Assembly (NCBI RefSeq): GCF_036321535.1
Contig: NC_087436.1
Location: 10,478,001 to 10,542,000, forward strand
Direction of reading: 5' to 3'
Length of the DNA stretch: 64,000 nucleotides
Source: Camelus dromedarius
Taxonomy: Eukaryota
Under the pieces are notes generated by a model that was not told the DNA's origin, searched no databases, and saw only the letters and a list, made by a program, of their open reading frames with translations. Positions 26,644 to 38,143 of this stretch are shown here, piece after piece. A program made the translations under genes and the position numbers. Position 1 is the stretch's first letter. Each line of letters begins with the position of its first letter.

Positions 26644-28269
26644 GAATAAGCCTAACCAAGGAGGTGAAAGACTTATACACCAAAAAGTAAAACTATAAAG
26701 GAAATTTAATATGATGCAAAGAAGTAGAAAGACATCCCATGTTCTTGGATTGGAAGAATTAATACTGTTAAAATGGCCATACAACACAAAGCAATCCACA
26801 GATTGAATGCAGTCCTTATCAAATGACCCATGCCATTTTTCACAGAACTGGAACAAATAATCCTAAAATTCATATGGAAACACAAAAGACCCAGAATTGC
26901 CAAAGCAATCCTGAGGAAAAAGAACAAAGCTGGTGGCATAATCCTCCTAGACTTTAAATAATACTACAGAGCTACAGTAACCAAAACAGCATGATATTTG
27001 CACAAATGGACCTATGGATCAATGGAACAGAATAGAGAACCCAGAAATAAACCCACACACCTATGGTCAATTAATCTTCAACAAAATAATTAAGAATATA
27101 CAATGAAGAAGACAATCTCTTCAGCAAATGGTGCTGGGAAAACTGGACAGCCACATGTAAATCAATGAAGTTAGAACACTCCCTCACACTATACACAAAA
27201 ATAAACTCAAAATGGTTTAAAGACCTAAACATAAGACAGGACACCATAAAACTCCTAGGAGAGAACAAAGACAAAACATTTTCAGATATAAATCATAGCA
27301 ATATTTATTTTCTTAGGTCAGTTCCCTAAGGCAAAAGAAATAAAAGCAAAAATAAACAAATGGACCTAATCGAACTTAAAAGCTTTTGCCAGCAAAGGAA
27401 ACCATCAACAAAACAAAAAGACAACCTATAGAATGGAAGAAAATACTTGCAAATGATGCAACTGACAAGAGGTTAATTTCCAAAATATAGAAACTGCTCA
27501 TATGACTCAATAACAAACAGGCAAACAACCCAATCAAAAAATGGGCAGAAGGCTTAAATAGACATTTCTCCAAAGAAGATATACAGATGGCCAACAGGCA
27601 CATAAAAAGATACTCAACAGCACTAATTATTAGAGAAATGCAAATCAAAAACACAATGAGGTATCACCTCACACCAGTCAGAATGGTCATCATCAAAAAG
27701 TCTACAAATAATAAATGTTGAAGAAGGCGTGAGAAAAAGGAACCCTCCTACACTGTTGGTGGGAATGTAAATTAGAGGTTCCATAAGAAACTCAAAATAG
27801 AGTTACCATATGACCCATCAATCCTACTCGTAGGCATATATCTGTCCTACTCGTAGGCATATATCTGGAAAAGATGAAAACTCTAATTTGAACTGATGCA
27901 TATACCTCAGTGTTTATAGCAGCACTATCTAACATAGCCAAGACATGGAAACAGCCTAAGTGTCCATCAACAGACAATTGGCTTAAGAAGATGTGGTGTG
28001 TGTGTGTAATATGAATATTACTCAGACATATAAAAGCAACCTGGATGGACCTAGAGATTATCATACTAAGTGAAGTAAGAGAAAGACAAATATCATATGA
28101 TATCACTTACATGTGGGGGTCTAAAAATAATGCAAATGTATCTATATACAAAACAGAAATAGATGCACAGAGATAGAAAACAAACTTATGGTTACCAAAG
28201 GGGAGAGGGAGGGAGGAAGGGATAAATTAGGAGTATGGGATTAACAGATAAAAACTACCATACATAAAA

Positions 28270-30030
28270 TAATACCCCATAAACCTGGATTGGAAGAATC
28301 AATATTGTTAAAATGGTCACACTGCCCAAGGCAATCTACAGATTTAATGCAATCCCTATCAAATTACCCAGGACATATTTCACAGAACTAGAACAAATCA
28401 TAATAAAATTTATATGGAACCACAAAAGACCTAGAATTGCCAAAGCATTACTGAAGAAAAAGAAAGAGGCTGGATGAATAACTCTCCCAGACTTCAGACA
28501 ATACTATAGAGCTACAGTCATCAAGACAGCATGGTATTGGTACAAAAACAGGCATAAAGACCAATGGAACAGAATGGAGAGCCCAGAAATGAACCCACAA
28601 ACTTTTGTCAACTCATCTTCGACAAAGGAGGCAAGAACTTACAATGAAATAAAGACAGTCTCTTCAGCAAATGGTGTTGGGAAAGCTGGACAGCAGCATG
28701 TAAAGCAATGAAGCTAGAACACTCCCTTATACCATACACAAAAATAAACTCAAAATGGATCAAAGACTTAAACATAAGACAACATACAATAAATCTCCTA
28801 GAAAAAAATATAGTCAAAACATTATCCGGCATACATCTGAAAAATGTTCTCCTAGGGCAGTCTACCCAAGCAATAGAAATAAAAGCAAGAATAAACAAAT
28901 GGGACCTAATGAAACTTACAAGCTTCTGCACAGCAAAGAAAACCATAAGCAAAACAAAATGACAACCTATGGAATGGGAGAAAATTTTTGCAAACAATGA
29001 AATCAACAAAGGCTTGATCTCCAGAATATATAAGCAGCTCATACAACTTAATAAGAAAAAAGCCAACAACCCAATCCAAAAATGGGGCAGAAGACCTAAA
29101 CAATCAATTTCTCCAAGGAAGAAATACAAATGATCAATAGGCACATGAAAAAATGTTCAGTATCACTAATTATCAGAGAAATACAAATCAAAACTACAAT
29201 GAGGTATCACCTCACACCAGTCAGAATGGCCGTCATTCAAAAGTCCACAAGTGATAAACACTGGAGAGGGTGTGGAGAAAAGGAAACCCTCCTACACTGC
29301 TGGTGGGAATGCAATTTGGTGCAGCCAATGTGGAAAACAGTATGGAGATTCCTCAAAAGACTAGGAATAGACTTACCATATGACCCAGGAATCCCACTCC
29401 TGGGCATACATCCAGAAGGAATCCTACTTTTGGATGACATCTGCACCCCAACGTTCATAGCAGCACTATTTACAATAGCCAAGACATGCAGACAGCCTAA
29501 ATGACCATCAGCGGATGACTGGATAAAGAAGAGGTGGTATATTTATACAATGGAATACTACTCAGCCATAAAAACCGACAACATAACGCCGTCTGCAGCA
29601 ACATGGATGTTACTGGAGAATGTCATTCTAAGTGAAGTAAGCCAGAAAGAGAAAGAAAAATATCATATAAGATTGCTCATATGTGGAATCTAAAAAAAAA
29701 AAAGAAAGAAAAAAAAAGAACATAAATACAAAACAGAAACGGACTCACAGACATAGAATACAAACTTGTGGTTGCCAAAGGGGCAGGGGGTTAGGAAGGG
29801 ACAGACTGGGATTTAAAAATGTCGAACAGATAAACAAGATTATTGTGTATAACACAGGAAATATGTACAAGATCTTGCGATAGCTCACAGTGAAAAAAAA
29901 ATGTGACAATGAATATATGTATGTTCATGTATAACTGAAAAATTGTGGTCTACACTGGAAATTGACACAACATTGTAAAATGACTATAACTCAATACAAA
30001 AATGTAAAAATAAAAAGCAACACATAAAAG
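28270..30030 (+). mobile_element. 5'-truncated young L1, same subfamily as 1025-2460
   Basis: Highly similar to 1025-2460; 19-bp TSD AAAACTAC(C/T)ATACATAAAA at 28251-28269 and 30031-30049. Confidence 0.96.
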
Positions 30031-30298
30031 AAAACTACTATACATAAAACAGACACATGGGAAGAATTTACTGTATAACACAGGGAATAATATTCAATCT
30101 CTTGTAACAACCTATAATGAAAAATAATCTGAAAAAGTATGTTTATAACTGAATCACTCTGCTGTACACTTGAAACTGATACAATATTATAAATCAACTA
30201 TACTTCAATTTAAAAAAAAAACTGAAAATATATATTTATTTACTCAGCCATAAAGAAACAAGATGATGGTAGAAAAGAAGTAATTTAAGAGAACATTA

Positions 30299-30763
30299 TG
30301 TCAAGAACTGTGAGGCTAATTAGCTAGCCCCCAGTTCACGGATGCTGGCATAACACAGGCAATTCAAAGATCAGAGGCAAGTGACTTTACTACTTACAGC
30401 AACAGCAGAAGACAGAGGATTAACATTTGTGCCAATTCCTTGAACCCAAATGCCCACAAGAAAATGCAAAGAGGCTTTGATGATATCTTGCCCTGCAGGA
30501 GAGGAATCCTGAGCTAGGGAACCCAGAACTTCTCCAAGGGCAGGAAAGCCGCCTGATCTTGCCCTGGCGGGAGACATTACCTTTGTTCTACTGGACGGTA
30601 AACAAACCTGCCTTTGCTCTGGATGGAGACACCATTTCTATCTTCCAAGACTGTTTGCTGTAAAAACATCTTTGAAAAGATAGTCTGGAACAAAGTTGGT
30701 GGGTGCTTCTGCTCATGAAATGTGCAGAAATGCAAGACACACGTGGAGAATTGTCGCCCAACA
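30299..30763 (-). mobile_element. Solo LTR (MER31-like)
   Basis: Minus strand TGTTGGGCGACAATTCTCC...CTTTGTTCCAGACTATCTTTTCAA...TTGACA; flanks CATTA/CATCA. Confidence 0.75.
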
Positions 30764-31597
30764 CATCAAGCCTGCAGGTGGACAGGGGAGCTGGGTAAAT
30801 AATCACCAAACATTTTCATAACAAGTCTCTTTTTGGAATAGCTAATTGCTATCTCCAAAATTTGTATGAGAAAACATTAAGAAACTCTACAGATCCTTTG
30901 GCACACAGTTGAAGCTTAAGTGTGTTCGAATAAATGTGTGAAACAATAGCAATGATTTTTCTTTTAGGTTAAGATGAAGGGACATTGAACAGCTTCCCTA
31001 AAACACTCATTGACATCTCATTACAGCACGTAAGAGTGAACCAGGGACCCAGCAGATGTCAGGCAGCCTGGAGCCAAGCACATCAGAGACGTGTTCACAG
31101 GCAGCAGGGGTGAGTCAGCCAGAGAAGAAACTGATTATCCACTGCAGATTTGATCACTGGTCCAATGGCACAGGAACACTCAAGATGTTCCACAATAACT
31201 TGGATTAACATCAACCTTTGATCCTACGAAGAAATTGTTTCACCCCTTTCCTAATTTTTCTTGCATAATCCCAGAAAATAAAGCAGTGCAAGATGGTGAT
31301 TCCAAATCACAAGGCCACTGAATCCCAGATACAAAGTCATATTATTTCCTACCAAGGAGAGTGGGCTCAAGTCCATCAGCCTTTAGGACTCAGCTAACTG
31401 TGAAATGAAACCTTTCTTCCAGGCTGGATTGGTTGGAAATTTCCCCTCTCATTATATACCCTGGTTGTAGCATTTGATACTTTATAGTGTATTTGTCTGT
31501 TGTCTAAATCTCCACGTGGGTATACAAGAACATTTAAAGCAAGAATTGAACCATAATCTTGGCTCTGTACCCAACAAGCTCAGCTATATAGATTTCT

Positions 31598-31661
31598 TTT
31601 TTAAAAAAAAATGTTTTCTTCCAGATTTATTGAGATATAATTGACACATAGCATGGTATAC
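31598..31661 (-). mobile_element. L1 extreme 3' terminus
   Basis: Minus strand TGTGTCAATTATATCTCAATAAATCTGGAAG followed by an A/T-rich tail. Confidence 0.75.
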
Positions 31662-31786
31662 TTTTTTGAGGGTGAGGTATTTGGGTTGTGTTTGTTTGTT
31701 TGTTTATTTAAATGGAGGCACTGCGGGTTGAACCTGAATCTTGCGGTTGCTAGGCAGGCACTCTACCACTGAGCTATACCTTCCCC
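31662..31786 (-). mobile_element. tRNA-Ala-derived SINE (vic-1 type), more diverged copy
   Basis: Minus strand GGGGAAGGTATAGCTCAGTGGTAGAGTGCCTG...GGTTCAACCC...; homologous to 20499-20636. Confidence 0.88.
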
Positions 31787-33139
31787 ACAAAGCTATATAG
31801 ATTTCTAATAAGTATATGCAGAACCAATGAATGAACGATCAGTTAACGAAGAGATAAGCTTCACTGCCAACCTCTGTAAGAACGGAGATAGACACACACC
31901 CAAGGCACTTTTAAAATCACACTGCTGAAAGATAAGAAGCACACTCCTTTACACATGCACGCATTTATGCAGCTCTACCTACAAACAAGCGTGTATAACA
32001 ACGTGTGTGCAACGGCTAGGAAGTCTGCAGCACCAAAAGTTTCAGCAATTTAAAATGATGAAGTTGTGTACTTAACGCGATTAGGATAACCATTTCCGGG
32101 AATTGTTTAGCTACATTACTGCCCTTACTGCTTTAATTCTTTTAAAAATGCCAACTCAACCTTGCTCTAGAAAGGAATCACTCGTTTTCAGACGAGCTGC
32201 TTTCCTGAGAGAGCTCCACTTCCTGGGTGCCTAGTGATCTGGCTTAAACTGTGACGCCTGGCAGATGAGAGGCATCAGGTCTGCTGTGGGAAGGAAATTC
32301 CCACAACTTAAGCGTAACACCCGCCACGAGGACTGAAAGTGGGGCTGGGCGTTCTCTTTCCACGGGTAATTGCTCACGGGGTTGGCCCCTGCCCTTCGTA
32401 AGTCTGAGGTGCATAGAGCGGGTGGAGGAAGGAAGGACAGTTGATGCACTGGAGGGCTTCCATCTCCAAGCCTGCTGTCCTGCAAACAGAGGGCCGTCTC
32501 CTGTTTGATGCTGTTCTGACCAGGTTGCACGTGGAGGGCTGGGGCAGCTAAGTCTTGCACTTTATGTTCTGAGTTTGCTGATCGTAAGCAGAGGCTTTGA
32601 CTGCACACACGGCCGGGGGGTACTCAGTGGGTGTGAGGTATCACGTGGTCACAGGGAACACACAGGCAGCGCCCTCGCCCCCCGCAGGACCAACTCTGGA
32701 CCCTCCGTTTCGCCATCGCATCTCAGTCATGCAGCAAGCGTGATCTCACCACCCCACAGTGAACACTTACACAACAGGAAAAGGGAAATAAAAGTTCCCG
32801 GCTTGAGGGGCTCAATCACCTCACTGTAAGCAGCACTGATGGACACTTTGAAATCACTGTTTTGTGAAAGAAAAATGGTTTTCTACAACCAATCATAAAA
32901 TACAGTGTGCAAACATTTCCCTCTGATTACACTTTTAAAGTTTCTTTTGATCGCATCTTGTTCTCTGTTGAATTTATGTTAAATGTATATTGTGCTGAAA
33001 AAGAATCCAGGATAATTTCCTGTTCTATTCAAGTTAGGGTTTATTAGCCTGTAATTAAGTCTAACGCAAACCATGGAGATGAGAAAACCAAGAACAGAAA
33101 CTACAAGGTTCAGTTGGGATTCGGGTGTTTTGTTTATTC

Positions 33140-33300
33140 TATAGAGTGAATGGTCAGGAAAGCCGAACTCTGGTTTCGGCTCTGCCATGCTGTGATTTGT
33201 CACGCTATTTAGATGAATTATTTATTTCCTTGTGCTTCAGTTTCCTCACCTGTAAACGGTCAAAATAAGGCATTCCATTTCTTATTGGTTTTAAGGTTTT
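33140..33300 (+). mobile_element. MIR fragment
   Basis: GGCTCTGCCA...GTGCTTCAGTTTCCTCACCTGTAAA. Confidence 0.7.
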
Positions 33301-33379
33301 CCTCTCCACTGTGCTCTCCCGTGACCATACAGATGTTTTAATTCCCATATTAAATTTAAGAAACTGTACTATCCCCTAG

Positions 33380-34625
33380 CAGCCATTCCATTCCTTTGAT
33401 CCCCACTCCTCAAAAAGTCATCCATACTCTCCTTTCTCAAGTCACTTCCTCTCTCCTCACTTCACTACCCAACTGCAGCTAGACTTGCTGGTCTACCCTT
33501 TGACCAAAACTTCTTTCAAGGTCACTAATAACTTCACAGGGTTAAATCTAATGACTGGCTGTCAGTTCTCACTCTCTCACAGCACCGTCTATGCTGATCA
33601 TGTCCTTTGTCTTTGATGTGCTCGTCACCTGGCGAATGGGACATGGAGGTCTCCTCACTGTCTTCCTACATCCCTGCCCCTGGTTTCCATCCCCTGTCCC
33701 AGTGCTACTTCATTCCCTTCCTAGACATGGGAGTTCCCAGAGGCTCTGTCCTCAGACCTCTTCTCTACTGCATCTAGCCTTAGTTCTTGGCTGATACCAA
33801 TGGTCTCATTGTTTGAAATATCATCTAAATGTGGACGACGTCCAAATGTCCATATCCTGACCCCTTCTCGTGTCCTCAGGTTCATAGTCACCACTGAGTT
33901 CTTGACATCTCCACTGGGGTGTCTGATAAATAGCTCAACATAACATATTCTAAATAGGCCCCCAGTCTCACCCAGGACACACACGTGCACACACACACAC
34001 ACACACGCAGACACAAACACAGACACAGACACAGACATACACAGACACACACAAGACACACAGACAGACACATGCACACACACACTGACACACAGACACA
34101 CACACATTGACACATACAGCACACACACCCAGATACACACATAGACACACACACACAGACATACACAGACACACATGGAGACACACACACAGGCATACAC
34201 ACCTGCTTCTCCCAGTTTTCCTTTCTCACTAAATAGCAGTGGGGTGTGTTTTGCAGTTGGTCAAGCTCTGCTGCTTCTCACACACACAAGGCTACAAGTC
34301 AGGCCTTTGTGACGGTCTTTCCTCAGCTTTGATGTCTGGTTGCCAGTATCAACAGAGCCCGCCCCCTCATGTCCTCTGTCTGTGCACAGAAGTCACCCTG
34401 TCTGTGGGACCTCCACTGACCCCTGCCCCGGGAATCCTTATCTTCCCTCACTGCTTGGTCTTTAACCATTGCCTTGATCAAGATTTTACTTACAAGTCTT
34501 TGATACTAATTCTGTTGCCTTTTCCCTCACTGGAATAAGAACCCCACGAGGTTTTGTTCACTGCCAGACCCCACATTCAGTACATAGCAGACACTCAATA
34601 CCTGTTTATTGAATGAATAAATGAT
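33380..34625 (+). mobile_element. L2 3' portion
   Basis: Pyrimidine-rich L2 body (CTTGACATCTCCACTGGGGTGTCT) ending CACTCAATA...TTATTGAATGAATAAATGA. Confidence 0.8.
33977..34202. repeat. Imperfect (CA)n/(CAGACA)n simple repeat
   Basis: About 225 bp CA-rich array inside the L2. Confidence 0.95.
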
Positions 34626-36229
34626 GACTGCTCTTCTGTTACATTTAAGGATTTATTTAGAAAGAGCTTATAAGCAGATATTATTATATTCCTTCCCACC
34701 AGTTTCAAAAAACTTCTTTTTCAATGTTTTCACATGGTGACCTTTCTGATCTAACAATTGGGATTTTGGGGTCTTTAACCTCCATCCCAAGAAATGCAAT
34801 GCCCACATATAGGCTCAGGCTTTAAAAAGTAGCGCTTAGGGACGTGTCCTGTGGTTGGCTACTGGCACTGAGTGTAATAAGGTAAATACCAAAGAGAAGT
34901 TCAAAGATCTTGCCTCAATCCTGCCTAATTACCACGGATCTACACCTACTCAATGGACACACTTTTGATAGAATGATTATCACCCATTGCTCCTAGAGAG
35001 TTAACCAAGGAATGCTATGTGATAGAAAAATACCTTTTCAGCTGATGGCATGGGTAAAACAGTCTTATTTTATATATTCTGTCTTCAGTGAGGTTTGGTT
35101 TAACTTAATGCTCATAAACTTTCCTACGCTCAGTACTGTGGTCGGCACTAAGGGAATACAGATGTACTAGTTCTCAAAGAGCTTTCGGGGGAAGGCTAGA
35201 CATATCATGATGTGTTTATCAAGGGGCCTATGATGTCATAAACATCAAACAATGGTTTAATTACTATCATTTACTATTAGGAATGTTAAATTTCATTTAA
35301 CATTCAGAGTGGTTCCAAGATGACACTAATAAAACCAAGGAATGCCAGCTATTTATGGCAGGTCCTGGTCTGCCCACTGAAAAACAAACCAGACACCACT
35401 TTGCCATCCTTTAATTCACATGATTTTTATGCCAAATTGATGAGACCTCCCTAGTCATATTTGTTGACAGTAAATAATGCCTATTCCTAAGAGTAGGAAA
35501 TAGACAACCTGGGGTCAAATCTGACTTTGACAATGATAAGCTAGCTGGGCGGTCTCTGCTAGGTAAACGTGCCTCTTAAAATCTTACTTTTCATAGTCAG
35601 CTGGTCTTTGACAAGGGAGCCAAGGCAACACAATGGAGTAAAGATTGTCTTTTCAACAAATGGTGCTGTAACAACTGGACGTTCACATGCAAACAAATAA
35701 ATCTTTAGACACAGACCTTCCACCCAGCACAGAAATTAACACAGACCAGAGTGTAAAATAAAACTGTAAACTCCTAGATTATAACACGGGAGAAAACCTA
35801 GGTGACCTCAGGTATGGTGACCTTTTAGAAAGAACACCAAAGACATGATTTTATGAAAGAAGAAATTGATCATCTGCATGGGCTTCATTAAAATTTAAAA
35901 CTTCCGCTCCATGAAAGACGATGTCAAGAGAATGACAAGCTAAACCACAGACTGGGAGAAAATATTTGCAAAAGACATATCTGGTAAAAGACTGTCCCCC
36001 ACAAATATACAAAGAACTCTCAAAACTCAACAATAAGAAAACAAAAAAAAACTCTGATTAAAAATATAGGCCGAAGGCCTTAACTGACACTCACCAAAGA
36101 AGATACACAGATGTCAAAGAAGCATATGAAAAAGTGTTCCACATCTTGTGTCATCAGGGAAATGTTAATTAAAACAACAAAATACCACTGTATACCTATT
36201 AGAGTGGCCAAAATCCAGAACACTGACAA

Positions 36230-36730
36230 TGAAACCATGGGTGAATGAAACCCATTTCCCCCACCTTCACAAATCAAGGTCATTTTAAGAGGTGCATGTG
36301 CTCCAAGCAAGTAGCATGTAGCCTAAAAATTAAAACGTTTGCCCAAGCTGTTTTCTGGAAGCATGGAATCAGTTGGATCTAGTTCAAGCTGAGCTGGTTA
36401 AGACTGGATGGGACCACAGCCCCTCCAACTGGGCATGTGTGAGTGTCCGCTCATGACCTTTTCAACATGCAGAGGCCTGGAGCTTAGTTTCGCCTGCACA
36501 GAGCAACCATTCCCACATCTTTTTCCAACCACCTTTCCCCACACTCCCCACACCTCACACCGCCCCGCTGCTTTATTCATTAGCCTATAAATACCCCTCC
36601 CCCTCATCTTCCAGGAGGCATCTCCGCCCTTGGCGGCCTTACGAATAAAGCCTCCCTCTCTTTGCTGTAAAACTCAACGTCTCAGGGTTTGGCTTGCTGC
36701 GTGAAGGTAATCGAACCTGGACCAGTAACA
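36230..36730 (+). mobile_element. Solo LTR nested in L1
   Basis: TG...CA ends; TATAAA 36586; AATAAA 36644; interrupts L1 CACTGACAA/CACCAAATGCTGG; TSD ACAA/ACAC. Confidence 0.9.
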
Positions 36731-37504
36731 ACACCACCAAATGCTGGTGAGGATGCGGAGCAACAGGAACTCTCATTCAGTGCTGGCGGGGATGCAAAAT
36801 GGAGCAGCCACTTTGGAAGAAGTTTGGCCATTTCTCACAAAACTACGCATATTCTTATCCTACGATCCAGCAATCGTGCTCCTTGGTATTTACCCAATGG
36901 TGCTGAAAATTGATGTTCCCACAAAAACCTGCACACAGATGTTTACAGCAGCTTTATTCATAACTGCCAAAACTTGGATCAACCCAGATGTCCTTCAGTA
37001 GGCGAATGGATAAATAAACCGTGGTACATCCAGACAGTGGAATATTATTCAATGTTTAATAAAAGAAATGAACTATCAAGCCATGAAATGACATGGAAGA
37101 ACCTTAAATGCATCTTACTCAGTGAAAGAAGACAATCTGAAAAGGCTACGTGCTGCGTGATTCCAATTATACGACGTTCTGGAAAAGACAAAACTATGGA
37201 GACAGTAAAAAGTTCAGAGGCTGCCAGGGGTTGGGGGCAGGAAAGAAGGATAAATATGTGGAGCACAGGGGATTTTTAGGACAGTGAAGATACTCTGTAT
37301 GGTACCCCAGTGATGGACACCTGCCATTATACACTTGTCCAGACCTCAGAGTACACAGCTCCAAGTGTGAACCCTAATTTAAACTATGGAATTTGGGATA
37401 TGGATGGGTCAATGTAGGTTTGAAAATGGGGGAGGCTGTGAATGTGTGGGGGCAGAGGATATGTGGGAACTTTGTGTACCTTCCTTAATTTTGCTGGGAC
37501 CCTT

Positions 37505-38143
37505 TGTAAGGGAGCAGGACCCTATGGGGTCTTCCCGGAACAGACCTCTCCCCCACCAGGTCCTCTGCCTGCCTCTAATCTGTGTAAAAACTTTAGTCTC
37601 CCAGGTTTCCCTGAGTTCCAAGGACTACACTTAATCAGAGAAGTGAGAAAATGCAGAAAGAAATAAAAACAGTTGAGCAAGACAAAATAATACTAGTTTA
37701 AACATTAAAACTAAGTCAAGGAACTTTAGTTCCTCCTCTAGAGCTACAGATAATATTCTGAGCCATGTCCTTTGAGCTGTTTTGCAGAGACCGAAACCCC
37801 CACCAGGTGGAAGAAGTTAACTGCATACAGCCCACAAGCACATAGACTCCAGGCCGGTTGGAACCAGAGGTTGATGATGTTGACTCCTGATGGCCTCACC
37901 ACCCACCAATCGGAAGACTGTCCATGAGCTCATCACACACCCCACAGCCCCCTCCCTCACCCTGCCTTTAAAAAACCTTTCCCTGAAAACCACTGGGGAG
38001 CTGGGAGTCTTTTAAGCACTAGCTACCTGTACTCCTTGCTTGGTGCCTGTAATAAATGCTGCATTTTCCTTCACCACGACCCAGTGTCAGTAGGTTGGCT
38101 TTCCTGCGCGAGGGCAAGTGGACCCAAGTTTGGTTCAGTAACG
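37505..38143 (+). mobile_element. ERV1-class solo LTR nested in the L1 3' UTR
   Basis: TGTAAGGGAGCAGGACC...TTCAGTAACG; AATAAA near 38051; perfect TSD CCTT at 37501-37504 and 38144-38147. Confidence 0.9.

Larger units (their letters stand above)
26408..30220 (+). mobile_element. Older L1 (ORF2 RT to 3' UTR), split by a younger L1 insertion
   Basis: Continuous ORF2-like sequence to ~28110; 3' UTR interrupted at 28269 and resuming at 30050, ending in an A-tail. Confidence 0.93.

Noticed and set aside
28608..29144. 178-aa hydrophobic minus-strand ORF and similar ones
   Set aside because: Antisense frames of A-rich L1, which commonly stay open
33721..34229. Cys/Val-rich ORFs
   Set aside because: Translation of the CA/GT simple repeat
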